Assembly: GCA_002794035.1 (NCBI GenBank)
Contig: PCXQ01000005.1
Span: 83,669-147,668 of the forward strand
From: Candidatus Yanofskybacteria bacterium CG10_big_fil_rev_8_21_14_0_10_36_16
GTDB lineage: Bacteria > Patescibacteriota > Minisyncoccia > 2-02-FULL-40-12 > IGHO2-01-FULL-4-A
Length of the DNA: 64,000 nt
Direction: 5' to 3'
Part shown: positions 28,586 through 39,284 of the stretch, piece by piece
How the letters are laid out: every line of letters starts with the position of its first letter
Numbering within the stretch: the first letter of the stretch is position 1
Notes under the pieces: model-generated
Database searches by the model: none
Seen by the model: only the letters and a program-made list of their open reading frames with translations
Told to the model about the DNA's origin: nothing
Translations under genes and position numbers: made by a program

Positions 28586-29593
28586 TTAGATATTAAATAA
28601 GGGGTTAATAATTCCAAGCCCAGCAAGTCCAGCGAGAAAAGAGAATACACCAAGCCCCACCACCACAACACCTGCAGACTTAAAAAATAGAGGAGCATGT
28701 TTTCCATGTGCGAACGATGCCGACCCGAATGAAAGAAGTGCAAGCACCGGAAGTGTCCCAAGGGCAAATGCGAGCATAATAAGAAGCCCGGACAAGAACG
28801 ATCCGCTGCCAAGTGCGGAAACCTGCATTGACTGCGTGAAACCGCATGGCAAAAAAAATGTAGCAAAGCCGATTATGAGTGGTGTGAAGGTTTTGTGTTC
28901 TATTTTCTTTAAAAAATTAAAAATTCCCGATGGTAATGCAATTTTATTTTTTGTAAATACTCCAATTAAATTTAACCCAAGCAACAACATCACAATAGAA
29001 GCCAAAAGCCCCAGAATTGCCGTAAGAGTGAAGTTGATACCAATGGCACTGCCGACTGCTCCCAGAATCCCTCCCAACACCGAAAAACTAACCAGTCTTC
29101 CTGTATGAAAAAGCACGAACGTTTTTGTATCGCTTACATTATCCTGTGATACCTTGGCCGAAAGAGACAGCACAAGACCACCGACTATGGCAAGACAGCT
29201 TGATACCGAGGCAATAAGCCCGATTATAAAACTTGTCAATGGAGTTGTTTGTCCTCCAATACCGAAATTTAAAATTCCTGATTTTTGCAAAAGAAAGAAT
29301 AAAGCAAAGAATGCAAGTCCGATCGGCACGGCTTTCCAAATTACGCCTTTGTTTTCTTTTTCTGCAATAGACTTTTCTACCGATAATTTATATCCGTTAT
29401 CTTTAATTTTTTCTGTTAGAATTTGAGCCAACGATTCAATGTCTTGATCGCTGTTAGTTTCTATTTCAACAGTCTCTCTTCCTAAGTTAACCTGGACATT
29501 TTTTATAAAACTCTGCTCACTCAGAGTATCTTCAATAAATATTTTGCATGAGGCACAATGAGTGCCGGAAACATGAAATGTATATGTTTTCAT
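28586..29593 (-). CDS. HMA domain plus DsbD_2/TauE-like membrane protein
   Basis: GTHCASC; SSCLAIVGG; FFLPCGFTQSMQ. Confidence 0.85.
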   Translation of the reverse strand: MKTYTFHVSGTHCASCKIFIEDTLSEQSFIKNVQVNLGRETVEIETNSDQDIESLAQILTEKIKDNGYKLSVEKSIAEKENKGVIWKAVPIGLAFFALFFLLQKSGILNFGIGGQTTPLTSFIIGLIASVSSCLAIVGGLVLSLSAKVSQDNVSDTKTFVLFHTGRLVSFSVLGGILGAVGSAIGINFTLTAILGLLASIVMLLLGLNLIGVFTKNKIALPSGIFNFLKKIEHKTFTPLIIGFATFFLPCGFTQSMQVSALGSGSFLSGLLIMLAFALGTLPVLALLSFGSASFAHGKHAPLFFKSAGVVVVGLGVFSFLAGLAGLGIINPLFNI

Positions 29594-29595
29594 AT

Positions 29596-31890
29596 TTATA
29601 GTTTTTTATTTTTAATTCGTAATGAATTCGACACAACCGACACACTGGACATTGCCATGGCAAAACCAGCAAAAACAGGATTGAGAAGCCACCCAAAGAC
29701 CGGATACAAAACCCCGGCTGCAAGAGGAATTCCGACAATATTATAAATAAATGCCCAAAAAAGATTCTGCTTTATTCCACGCATAGTAATCCTTGATAGC
29801 TTAATTGCCTTAACAAGCTTTGAAATATCACCACCAAGAAGAGTAATGCCTGCAGACTCTATTGCAACATCAGTTCCTGTCCCCATAGCAATTCCTACAT
29901 CCGATTGAGCAAGCGCAGGGGCATCATTTACACCATCACCAGCCATTGCCACCACCCGACCTTGCGACTGAAGACTTTTTATCTTTTCAAGCTTATCTTG
30001 TGGCAATACATGAGCTACAACATCATCTATGCCCACAAGCGATCCTATGTACTTAGCGGCTTTTTCATCATCGCCAGTTAGCATAACCGCTTTAATTCCA
30101 AGAGCATGAAGATTCTTTACTGCTTCGACTGACTCAGGCTTAACCTCATCAGCCACCATGACAAAGCCAAGAACTTTTTCTTTAACAGCAAGAATAACCG
30201 GTGTTTTACCTTGCAGGGTAAACACATCTAGCTTTGTAGAATCAAAAGGAATTTTTAAATCATTTATGAGCGTTGCATTACCAACATAGTATTCCATACC
30301 ATAAATTTTTCCCTTAAGCCCTCTGCCCTGTATGCCTTCAAAATCTGAAACCTCTAATAAACTAATATTATTCTCCTGCGCATAGCTCAGTATCGCATGA
30401 GCAATAGGATGCTCGGATTTCTTTTCAAGCGACGCCAAAATAGATACAAGTTCATCGTCCCTTAAACTTGAGAGGTTTTGAATATCTACTAGTGTTGGTT
30501 TGCCACGGGTTAATGTGCCTGTTTTATCAAGCACAACAGTATTTACTTTATGCAATTTTTCAAGAGTAGCGGCATCTTTGATAAGAATGCCTTCTTTCGC
30601 CCCTTTGCCGACGCCAACAATAATCGCTGTGGGGGTGGCGAGACCCAAAGCACACGGACATGCAATAACCAAAATGCCCACAAACGAAACAAGGCCAAAG
30701 GAAAGAGCTTGGGGGAATCCCAGATATTGCGATCCTATAACAATCCAAGCACCAAAAGAAAGAAAAGCAATCACCATAACAATAGGTACAAAAATTGATG
30801 AGATTTTGTCTGCGAGAGCCTGTATTGGAGCTTTACTCCCCTGAGCATCCTCAACCATCTTGATAATCTGAGCCAGCAAGGTTTCTGATCCGACTTTCAT
30901 TGCTTTAAACGTTAATGAACCGCTGGTATTAATTGTTCCCGACACAACACTATCCCCGTTTTTTTTCTGTACTGGCATAGGTTCTCCAGTAACCATAGAT
31001 TCATCAACAAAAGAAATACCGTCAGTTACCACGCCATCCACAGGAATCTTTGCTCCTGGCTTTACTATAATAAGATCGCCATGCTTAACATCGTTGACTG
31101 GTATTTCTATTTCTTTACCATAACGAATGACGAGTGCTGTCTTGGCTTGCAAATTAAGTAATTTTTCTATGGCATCACCCGTCTTTATTTTTGATCGAGC
31201 TTCTAAATATTTACCGAGTGCGATAAACGTAATAACTACAATTGTCACATCGTAATATTGATAATCAACATTTATAAAAGGTCGGAGTGTTTCCTCAAAA
31301 GCAGTAACTGCAAAGCTGTATAGAAATGCCGCGACAGTTCCAATACCGATCAATGTATCCATATTCGCCTTGCCATAGCGAAGAAACCTATAAAAACCGA
31401 GAAGGTATGGCTTACCAACAACAAAGAGTATGTAAGTCGCCATCACAGGCAGGAGGTGGTGAAAAAACTCTTTCACTACATAATTCATTTCCGACACAAA
31501 TCCATACTGAACAAGAATATCCCAGCCCATAACAAAGGCAGCAAAAATAGCAATGGGAATAGCTGAGAACACCTTATTTTTAATGTCAGCAACCTCGGCA
31601 AGCTTATCTTTTTTTGATTGATTAAATCCCAGATGTTCCGAATGTTCGCTCTTAGACATTCCCATTTCCTCAGCAGTAGAAGGAATCTCTAGGGAATAGC
31701 CAAGCGGTTCAATGTGCTTGGAAAGATCATGAGGATTCGTCTTTAGGGGATCAAAAAAAATCTTGGCTTTTTCTGTACCATAATTAACTTCCACAGACTG
31801 AACCCCGTTGACCTTATTAAAAATCTTCTCAATGACTGAGGAACATGATGCGCAATGCATTCCTTTTACCTTGTAAGTTTCAGTGTGCAT
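29596..31890 (-). CDS. copA: Cu(I)-exporting P1B-1 ATPase
   Basis: [38 protein letters not shown] and MxxSS. Confidence 0.92.
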   Translation of the reverse strand: MHTETYKVKGMHCASCSSVIEKIFNKVNGVQSVEVNYGTEKAKIFFDPLKTNPHDLSKHIEPLGYSLEIPSTAEEMGMSKSEHSEHLGFNQSKKDKLAEVADIKNKVFSAIPIAIFAAFVMGWDILVQYGFVSEMNYVVKEFFHHLLPVMATYILFVVGKPYLLGFYRFLRYGKANMDTLIGIGTVAAFLYSFAVTAFEETLRPFINVDYQYYDVTIVVITFIALGKYLEARSKIKTGDAIEKLLNLQAKTALVIRYGKEIEIPVNDVKHGDLIIVKPGAKIPVDGVVTDGISFVDESMVTGEPMPVQKKNGDSVVSGTINTSGSLTFKAMKVGSETLLAQIIKMVEDAQGSKAPIQALADKISSIFVPIVMVIAFLSFGAWIVIGSQYLGFPQALSFGLVSFVGILVIACPCALGLATPTAIIVGVGKGAKEGILIKDAATLEKLHKVNTVVLDKTGTLTRGKPTLVDIQNLSSLRDDELVSILASLEKKSEHPIAHAILSYAQENNISLLEVSDFEGIQGRGLKGKIYGMEYYVGNATLINDLKIPFDSTKLDVFTLQGKTPVILAVKEKVLGFVMVADEVKPESVEAVKNLHALGIKAVMLTGDDEKAAKYIGSLVGIDDVVAHVLPQDKLEKIKSLQSQGRVVAMAGDGVNDAPALAQSDVGIAMGTGTDVAIESAGITLLGGDISKLVKAIKLSRITMRGIKQNLFWAFIYNIVGIPLAAGVLYPVFGWLLNPVFAGFAMAMSSVSVVSNSLRIKNKKL

Positions 31891-31891
31891 A

Positions 31892-32167
31892 TTATTTTCT
31901 CTTGAGTTTATACACCTTGATAATCTCTTTTTTTGCCTTAATCTCTTGTCCAGATTTTATCTGGTGACTAACGCAGTGATCTAGATGATTCTCAAGAAGT
32001 AAGTCCTCAACACTTGATAATCCCTGCTTCACGGCTGATGTTTGAGTGATTACATCGATACAATATATATCATTTTCGACCATTTTTTGAAGTCCACGCA
32101 ATTGTCCCTCAAGAAGCTTAAGTCGACGAATGACCTTAAGCTTGTTTTTGTCATTCATGTATTTCAT
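31892..32167 (-). CDS. csoR: CsoR-family copper-sensing repressor
   Basis: [13 protein letters not shown]...YCIDV...HLDHC. Confidence 0.88.
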   Translation of the reverse strand: MKYMNDKNKLKVIRRLKLLEGQLRGLQKMVENDIYCIDVITQTSAVKQGLSSVEDLLLENHLDHCVSHQIKSGQEIKAKKEIIKVYKLKRK

Positions 32168-32175
32168 ATACAAGT

Positions 32176-32203
32176 ATTATATACCCCCAGGGGGTATAGT
32201 CAA
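32176..32203 (-). promoter_or_regulatory. csoR-copA promoter with CsoR operator
   Basis: TTGACT-16nt-TATAAT enclosing the palindrome TATACCCCC-A-GGGGGTATA (32180-32198). Confidence 0.85.
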
Positions 32204-32372
32204 GAATTGAATACAAACTGCCTGTGGAATAGTTTTTAAACTTTTCAACCTATAGACAAAGCACTGAGTGGCACTGTTTCTCCTTGGTAAAATCCCGGTG
32301 TAATTATTTAAGCTCCCGCACATGGCTGCGGGACACTTCGGCCTCCCTTCGGTTGCACTCAGCATAAACTAT

Positions 32373-32504
32373 TCAGCAGAAGCCATGACTCCCCGCCCAG
32401 ACGAGGCAAACTTCCCTAGGATACCATAAACCAAAACCTGACAGCGTACCTACTGCCGAAGCTAAAAACACAAGAATAGAAATAAGAATTATCTCAACAC
32501 TCAT
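32373..32504 (-). pseudogene. Truncated TauE/SafE-family exporter
   Basis: MSVEIILISILVFLASAVGTLSGFG then unrelated sequence and an early stop. Confidence 0.55.
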
Positions 32505-32665
32505 TTTTTATTTTCTTCTGCGTGAACAGTTATTTCCAAATTACAGCTATTGTGTTCTTTACACCACACTTCGCATTTCTCTGCCAGCTCTTTGTCTTCA
32601 TAATGAAAACCGCATGCCTCGCACTGGTATAATTGTTTGTCATCTTCAATTAGAGTTTTGACCAT
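32501..32665 (-). CDS. 54-aa Cys-rich metal-binding protein
   Basis: MVKTLIEDDKQLYQCEACGFHYEDKELAEKCEVWCKEHNSCNLEITVHAEENKK; extended -10 upstream; below ORF-track cutoff. Confidence 0.75.
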   Translation of the reverse strand: MVKTLIEDDKQLYQCEACGFHYEDKELAEKCEVWCKEHNSCNLEITVHAEENKK

Positions 32666-32880
32666 AACTCCATTTTACCACAAAACCGCCAATTGGTGGT
32701 TTTTTGAGCTATATAAAATATAAGTATAGTAGATAGTAATGCAAGGCTATTCCGAAGCCTTGGCGAAGTGCTGGCTGTTTAGGACAAAGTTGAAACTGCT
32801 TTAAGAGCAATAACCAGTCCTTCGCCGTTTGCGTTTGTTAAGAATTGAAAATATTTACTAGCAGAGTATTCTGATTAGCT

Positions 32881-33861
32881 TTAAAGCAACGATTCTTCAT
32901 CTTTAGATTTTGTGTTTTCTCCTAATTCTCTAAAACTTCCTTTGCCATATGTTTTTTCAATTAACTTTGCTATTGGCAACAATCTACCAGTAAAATAAGC
33001 CTTAGTAAATAAATTAAATACTTCTCCTAAACTATTGAATTCGTCTGGATTATTCTCAAATATATCTCTTATCAAGTCTCTTAGCTTATTTACTTCTTCA
33101 TTATATACATTCACCATATATCTATATCTGCCATCACTAATTTTCTCAATCCATGTAGAGTCATCAATTGCTGATTTTTCATTATCGAGTACATTAAGGT
33201 CTGATTTAAATTCCTTAACCAGTCTCTGTCTCTCTTTCTCTAGTTTTGCTGTAAGAGATATTTTATCAAAATATCTCTTCTTAAATTCTAATTCCAATTC
33301 AACTGTTAAAGCCTCGTTGATATCATTAAAATAATATGCCCTACCTTTTGTTTTCTTAACTGCAAACCCTAGTCGCCTGTCACCAATTGTAAGTTTTTTA
33401 TCTTCTTTTTTAAGAATAGAAAGAGAGTTAAAAGCCATAAAATGAATAAGTTCGTGTACTAATGTAGATGCAAATTTAAGCTTGTGGGTTTTCTCTTCAT
33501 GAATTATATAAATACTTTGATCGTCAGGAGAAAATTTGCCTTCAAATCCTGTAAAATCAGGTCTTTTAGATAGAAATTCTGATTTCGTTTCCGTGTCTAT
33601 ATCTTCCCAAGTAAAAAAGTGCATGTTGTCTGCCGATACTTCAATATATTGACCCCCGTATTGATTAATAAATTCTCTCAACCGCTCATTTATTTCACGG
33701 ATCAATTCTAACTCTTCTGTAGTCTTTTCTCTTTCGTTCTTCAATCTTACTTGGTTAAGAAAATTAAATTCTTGATGGTTGATAATCCTTTCTTGGTCAC
33801 TAATATTACCGCCTACAACCTCGACGGTAGCTGATTTTCTTTCTGGTTTAAATTTTTCCAT
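32881..33861 (-). CDS. Hypothetical protein with HExxH...E zincin motif
   Basis: LVHELIH and INEALT. Confidence 0.7.
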   Translation of the reverse strand: MEKFKPERKSATVEVVGGNISDQERIINHQEFNFLNQVRLKNEREKTTEELELIREINERLREFINQYGGQYIEVSADNMHFFTWEDIDTETKSEFLSKRPDFTGFEGKFSPDDQSIYIIHEEKTHKLKFASTLVHELIHFMAFNSLSILKKEDKKLTIGDRRLGFAVKKTKGRAYYFNDINEALTVELELEFKKRYFDKISLTAKLEKERQRLVKEFKSDLNVLDNEKSAIDDSTWIEKISDGRYRYMVNVYNEEVNKLRDLIRDIFENNPDEFNSLGEVFNLFTKAYFTGRLLPIAKLIEKTYGKGSFRELGENTKSKDEESLL

Positions 33862-34026
33862 AAAATAGATTATTAAGTTCTAACATCCAAGCCCTCTACA
33901 TATTGCCTGCGTAAAATAATAAGTAATCACTCTCAGCGAATACGCTGGGTGATTTTGCTTCTATTATTTCATTATGCACCATCGAAATTTGCTAACTTCG
34001 ACGTGATTTTTACGCTTAAAAATCAG

Positions 34027-34097
34027 CTGCCGGGCTAGGACTCGAACCTAGACTACATGGACCAGAACCATGCGTCCTACCATTAGACGACCCGGCA
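34027..34097 (-). tRNA. tRNA-Gln(CTG)
   Basis: TGCCGGG acceptor stem, anticodon arm CATGG-TTCTGGT-CCATG, GGTTCGAGTCC T-loop; CCA not encoded. Confidence 0.95.
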
Positions 34098-34305
34098 AAG
34101 AATACTATTAAATCAATATTGTCGGGAAGTCCTGAAAGCAAATGGTGCTGAGGGGCGACCCGGCAATATGATTATTTTGCCATAAAATTTGCCATTTTTC
34201 AATAATTATTAAAAAACATTATTTTTTATTTTAAAAATAATTGACTTCAAAACTAATACATATTATAATAATTATACATTTTTGGCCAGAGATGGCCTAT
34301 TTTTT

Positions 34306-36105
34306 ATGGAAATTAGAAACATAGCTATTATCGCCCATGTAGATCATGGCAAAACAACATTAACTGATGCTCTTATGCGCCAAACCGGCGCAATAACAGA
34401 AGAAGTTTCAATGGACTCAAACACGCTTGAAAAAGAGCGTGGTATTACAATATATGCAAAAAATGCTTCTGTCTCATACAAAGGAACTAAAATTAATATC
34501 GTGGACACACCCGGCCATGCCGATTTCGGCTCAGAAGTAGAACGTGTTTTGCGTTCTATAGATTCGGTACTGTTAGTGGTAGATGCTCAAGAAGGACCCA
34601 TGCCTCAAACTCGTTTTGTCCTAAAAAAATCACTGGAACTTGGCTTGAAACCTATAGTTATAATAAACAAAATAGACAAACCCGCAGCTAATCCACCCCA
34701 ATGTGAAGAACAAGTTTTCAATTTGTTTATTGAGCTTGGAGCTACAGATGAACAAACTGATTTTCCAGTAGTCTACACCATAGGCAGAGCTGGGATTGCA
34801 AAATTAAAAATGGAAGAAGAATCTAATGACCTAACCCCGCTTCTTGATGTGATTCTTGCTAAAGTTCCTTGCGCATCTTCTTCAGAACTATCCTCAAAAG
34901 CACTTATGTTCCAACCTTTTAATCTTGGCTATGATAACTTCCTGGGAAGACTTGCAGTAGGCAGGATACATGAAGGAATAATTAAACAAGGCCAAGATGT
35001 CACAATAAAAAAACCAACTGGCGAATCCAGAACAGGAAAAATTAAAAAAATATTCAGTTTTAAAGGACTTGAAAAAACAGAAACAAATCAGGCCGAAGCC
35101 GGCGACATTGTTATGATAGCTGGATTGCCCGATATATACATAGGAGAAACAGTTACCAGCAACCCCGATGCTAAACCCTTGCCCGCTATTGCTGTAGATG
35201 AGCCCACCATCTCTCTTAATTTTCTTGTCAACGACTCCCCTTTTGCTGGCAGAGAAGGAAAATTTGTTACATCTCGCCAAATCCGTGAGTATCTTGAGCG
35301 TGAGCTTGAAATCAACGTAGGTCTCCAAATAGATTTCTCTTCACCAGATAAATTTGCGGTAAAAGGCAGAGGAGAGCTTCATATAGCCATTCTACTTGAG
35401 AACATGCGCCGTTCCGGATACGAAATACAAGTTTCCCAGCCTCAAGTAATTATTCGTGAAGAAAATTCCGTCAAAGTTGAACCATTTGAAGAAGTCATAA
35501 TTGATGCTCCTTCAGAATTCCAGGGTGTTATTATAGAAAAATTAGGTATGCGAGGCTTTATTATAAGCAACATAGAAAACAAAGATTCATCTGTCAGGTT
35601 ATCTCTTGAAGGACCAACACGAGGTATTTTGGGCTACAAAAATCAATTTATCATTGATACAAAAGGCGAAGGAATAATGTCATCAAGAGTTATAGGGTTC
35701 AAATCATTCACCAAAGAAATAAAGAAAAGAACCGTCGGTTCTATGGTTTCCATGATAACAGGAAAAGCTTTGGGTTTCGCTCTTTGGAATCTTCAAGAAA
35801 GAGGAAGTTTATACATAGGTCCCGGAACAGAAGTTTATGAAGGCATGGTTATAGGCAATACCTCAAAGGGAGAAGAACTCTATGTAAACCCAGCAAAAGG
35901 CAAACAGTTAACTAATATGAGAGCTTCGGGTGCTGATGATGCAATAGACTTAACTCCTCCTATAATATTAACCATTGAAAGCGGTCTTGAAATAATGGCT
36001 GAAGATGAATACTTAGAAATAACTCCACAAAATACAAGACTTAGAAAACAGTATTTAACAGAAAATGACAGGACCAAAGCAAAAAGAGGTGCAAATAAAA
36101 TTTAA
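34306..36105 (+). CDS. typA: Translational GTPase TypA/BipA
   Basis: RNIAIIAHVDHGKTT, DTPGHADFGSEVER, GRGELH, KQLTNMRASG. Confidence 0.95.
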   Translation: MEIRNIAIIAHVDHGKTTLTDALMRQTGAITEEVSMDSNTLEKERGITIYAKNASVSYKGTKINIVDTPGHADFGSEVERVLRSIDSVLLVVDAQEGPMPQTRFVLKKSLELGLKPIVIINKIDKPAANPPQCEEQVFNLFIELGATDEQTDFPVVYTIGRAGIAKLKMEEESNDLTPLLDVILAKVPCASSSELSSKALMFQPFNLGYDNFLGRLAVGRIHEGIIKQGQDVTIKKPTGESRTGKIKKIFSFKGLEKTETNQAEAGDIVMIAGLPDIYIGETVTSNPDAKPLPAIAVDEPTISLNFLVNDSPFAGREGKFVTSRQIREYLERELEINVGLQIDFSSPDKFAVKGRGELHIAILLENMRRSGYEIQVSQPQVIIREENSVKVEPFEEVIIDAPSEFQGVIIEKLGMRGFIISNIENKDSSVRLSLEGPTRGILGYKNQFIIDTKGEGIMSSRVIGFKSFTKEIKKRTVGSMVSMITGKALGFALWNLQERGSLYIGPGTEVYEGMVIGNTSKGEELYVNPAKGKQLTNMRASGADDAIDLTPPIILTIESGLEIMAEDEYLEITPQNTRLRKQYLTENDRTKAKRGANKI

Positions 36106-36171
36106 ATATAAACAAAAAACGGAGAGCAAATATTTGCTCTCCGTATATGTTTGGCGTAGCGATGGCAATCT

Positions 36172-36369
36172 TTACGCCTTAAAATGACCATGGGTTGTGC
36201 ACTCGGCATCCTTACCCAATAAACGAGAACGCTTTGCACGCAGATTGTGTCCACACTCTGGACACACAGGGTACATACGACCATCAAATGCAAAAGAAAC
36301 TACAAGCATAAAAAAGGCACAAATGGCCAAAAACAACCAAGCAACTAGCGCCATTTCTAATATTGTCAT
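36172..36369 (-). CDS. Small TM plus zinc-ribbon protein
   Basis: TM helix, CPEC...GKDAECTTHGHF; SD GGAGGTG. Confidence 0.7.
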   Translation of the reverse strand: MTILEMALVAWLFLAICAFFMLVVSFAFDGRMYPVCPECGHNLRAKRSRLLGKDAECTTHGHFKA

Positions 36370-36429
36370 AGCGCACCTCCATTGTTATTTTTTTATTATA
36401 ACACGATAAATATAAAATAGCAACCAGTG

Positions 36430-36654
36430 CTAATCCTGCGCATACTCAAACCCTTTTTCTAAATGAAACTTGCCGTGGCTACTGCACTCAGCCCATTTTC
36501 CATAAAAACTAAAGCGTCTTGATTTTAAATTACTCTCACATTTTGGACATGTTGGTGGCACACACAGACTTCCGCCAGAAGTAAGTATTAATATACCCAC
36601 GACTAAAACAAAGCATACAAAAGCAAGAAAAAAAACTATTAACACTGATGCCAT
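36430..36654 (-). CDS. Small TM plus zinc-ribbon protein (paralog of 36172)
   Basis: TM helix, CPKC...GKWAECSSHGKF; SD GGAGGTG. Confidence 0.7.
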   Translation of the reverse strand: MASVLIVFFLAFVCFVLVVGILILTSGGSLCVPPTCPKCESNLKSRRFSFYGKWAECSSHGKFHLEKGFEYAQD

Positions 36655-36785
36655 GACGCACCTCCCGCAATTCACCTAAAGTTATATCATGATGCATATA
36701 ATGAAACAAATTATAATACTCCAAAAACCAAGGGGCAAAATAAAAAAAGAGCGCCATTTTGCGCTCCAAACATAATGCATTAAAA

Positions 36786-37454
36786 TCAATCTTGTCCTTT
36801 TTGAATAGCAAATACACCTCTCAAAACATTTTCGCCTACTGTTTCTTTGCTTCTTTTAAGCATTACCTCCTGATAGCCAACATGATCACCACGGTTATCT
36901 ACCACTTCAATCAAGCGTGTGTAATAAGGAGTATCAAAACAATCGCCATTCTTAATAATTTGCACTGCCTCATAAGCCGAATTAACCCTACGCTTATATT
37001 CATCTTTAACATCCTCAAACACCCCGCATGCTTCACGAGCTCTACCAGCCAGAACATGGGCAACGCAATTCAAGGCCGAAACAGTTCTTGCATATATCCA
37101 ATATCGAAACTCCTCGTTCCAATCGCCTATCTCGACTTTTTTCCTAGGCACAAGTTGGATAAACTGAGTTACGGCATAATTTAATTCGCCCAAATATGCT
37201 CCATCATATTTATGTCTTAGAGATACTTCAAAAATTGCTTTAGCCAACCTAAACACAGCACCGTGATGTTCAGGACTCTCTGGCAAATAAAGACCCTTAA
37301 CAAGACCTTCCAATTCTTCGTCTAACTGAACAAGGGTTTTAACATAAACCTCAAACAAATCAGAGTTAACCTTAATATCCTGAACAGCATTCCTAACAAC
37401 AGGGCCTAAGGCCTTAAAAATTGGAGCTCTATCGGGTTGCTCTACATACGGCAT
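36786..37454 (-). CDS. Hypothetical protein (MPY...GELNY type, phage-like)
   Basis: MPYVEQPDR, GELNYAVT, EYKRRVNSAYE...NGD; SD GGAGG. Confidence 0.65.
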   Translation of the reverse strand: MPYVEQPDRAPIFKALGPVVRNAVQDIKVNSDLFEVYVKTLVQLDEELEGLVKGLYLPESPEHHGAVFRLAKAIFEVSLRHKYDGAYLGELNYAVTQFIQLVPRKKVEIGDWNEEFRYWIYARTVSALNCVAHVLAGRAREACGVFEDVKDEYKRRVNSAYEAVQIIKNGDCFDTPYYTRLIEVVDNRGDHVGYQEVMLKRSKETVGENVLRGVFAIQKGQD

Positions 37455-37585
37455 TATCATTCCTCCCTTAAGTTTTAAATAACTAGGATTATCATAACAA
37501 AAATAAACTAAAAAGCACAATAGACAATAAAAATACCTGACTCTGCAAAAGAATCAGGCATTTTATGCTTTTTGTCTATTTGTTT

Positions 37586-38254
37586 TTAATTTGTTGTGGG
37601 AGTTGGTGTTTCACTTGGTTCCGGTGTTTCGGTTGGTTCCGGTGTTTCGGTTGGTTCAGTAGTTGGCAAAGGTTCGGGTATTTCAAGTAGGTTTGGTGCA
37701 CCAAGTCGGAAAGCAGCGTTAAATAACCCATGTTCCGCTCTTTCTCTGGCTCGTTCATTTAAGTGCAGGTATGCTTCATAAATGGCCTGTCTTGCACGAT
37801 CCGAAGGCACAGTTGTTTCATTAACTGAATGATCCGGCAATGTCTCAACCCATGCAAGCAATGTACCGAGAGCCGAATTTATTAAATTAAGATATCTTTC
37901 TTTTTGCTCTGCAGTTAGATCACCGGGCGCACGGACAGCTTCCTCATATGATTTTACCGCTTTAAATAATGCAGAGTAGTAACGTAATTCTTCAGACTTC
38001 TTAAAGTCACGCAACACCTCGCTCAACATACGACCCCTGTGGAAAGATCTGCCTTCAGAATCTACTGAACGATGGAAAACTGAATCATACAAATCTTCCA
38101 AAAGATCATCGTCCACGACTGTGTCCGAATCCTCATGCGCGTAACTATTGTTTGAACGAGACAACAAAAAACCACCTAAAAAACCAGCAACAACTGCAAT
38201 AGACAAAACTATTGCCAAAAATTTCTTGGTAATAACTCCTTTCATATAATACAT
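37586..38254 (-). CDS. Exported hypothetical protein with PTETPE tail
   Basis: N-terminal TM/signal; 18-bp tandem repeats near the 3' end. Confidence 0.7.
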   Translation of the reverse strand: MYYMKGVITKKFLAIVLSIAVVAGFLGGFLLSRSNNSYAHEDSDTVVDDDLLEDLYDSVFHRSVDSEGRSFHRGRMLSEVLRDFKKSEELRYYSALFKAVKSYEEAVRAPGDLTAEQKERYLNLINSALGTLLAWVETLPDHSVNETTVPSDRARQAIYEAYLHLNERARERAEHGLFNAAFRLGAPNLLEIPEPLPTTEPTETPEPTETPEPSETPTPTTN

Positions 38255-38348
38255 TCAGCAATTAATAATTTAAATGCCGTGTTATTTTTTTAAATTTGCC
38301 TGCCCCGAATCGACTAAACCAAGAACAGACTAAATGCTAATTTTTAAA

Positions 38349-39257
38349 TTATATTTTTAAATGCCTATTCATAGCTATTGTACTTGAGATCATGCCCAAT
38401 AAAATACCTGCCACGAAGAGGGCCACTAAAACCTGCCACAGGTTAGCAGTAAAGTAGGCTAAAAGATTAATTGAGGGAGCAAACACATTTATCTTATCAG
38501 AAGAAACAAGGATAGACGGGTAAGCTACTGCCAAGGCAAATATAGCCGCGAAAATACCATAAAAAGCACCCTCAACAAGATAAGGTCCGCGAATGTGCCA
38601 ATTTGATGCGCCAACAAGACGCATTATTTCAATCTCCTGTTTTTGGCTGTAGATCGTTAAACGTATTGTGTTAAAAGTAACCATAATAGCTATAGCAACA
38701 AGCATAATTGTCCCGATTAAACCCCACGTTTTAATACCGTTTGATATCTTGTTTATTCTTGTTATAACAAGTTCGTTTTCAAAAAAGTTTATTTTTTCAA
38801 TTGATGCTCTAAATTTATGGTCATCAAGGAAACCGGCAATAGACGCATACTGGGTAGAGTCAACTGCCTTAATATTAAGCGATGCCTGCAATGGATTTTC
38901 TTCAAGCTGAGCAAGCGATTCCTGTATCAGTTCGTTATCAGCATGACGCTCTTTAAACTCAGCTAATGCCTCATCACGGGAAGTGTATTCTACAAAATCA
39001 ATTTCGGGCAATGTTTCAAGCTCTTCTCTCACTGAGGTTATTATATCTTCGGGTGCATCCTGCTTAAAGTAAGCGCTAATGTCTACCTTACTCTCAAGTT
39101 CAGCCACAACCTGTGAAGTCATAAACTGGAAAAACAAAAGCCCCAGTAATAAAAGCAAGGTTAAGGTCATGACACCAGTCGTACCAAAACTAAGAAAGCT
39201 ATTCCTTTTAAAATTGGTCCAACCAGAAGATATAATTCGTTTTAAGTTTACACTCAT
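38349..39257 (-). CDS. ftsX: Cell division permease FtsX
   Basis: NTIRLTIY...EIEIMRLVGA; follows ftsE. Confidence 0.92.
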   Translation of the reverse strand: MSVNLKRIISSGWTNFKRNSFLSFGTTGVMTLTLLLLLGLLFFQFMTSQVVAELESKVDISAYFKQDAPEDIITSVREELETLPEIDFVEYTSRDEALAEFKERHADNELIQESLAQLEENPLQASLNIKAVDSTQYASIAGFLDDHKFRASIEKINFFENELVITRINKISNGIKTWGLIGTIMLVAIAIMVTFNTIRLTIYSQKQEIEIMRLVGASNWHIRGPYLVEGAFYGIFAAIFALAVAYPSILVSSDKINVFAPSINLLAYFTANLWQVLVALFVAGILLGMISSTIAMNRHLKI

Positions 39258-39284
39258 AATTTATTAATGAATTAAAAATTATTT

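Larger units (their letters stand above)
28117..34033. mobile_element. Putative genomic island at the 3' end of tRNA-Gln (copper module)
   Basis: AGCTGCCGG at 34025 (tRNA end) recurs at 28117 inside a degenerate tRNA-3'-like string; pseudogene inside; no integrase seen. Confidence 0.4.
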
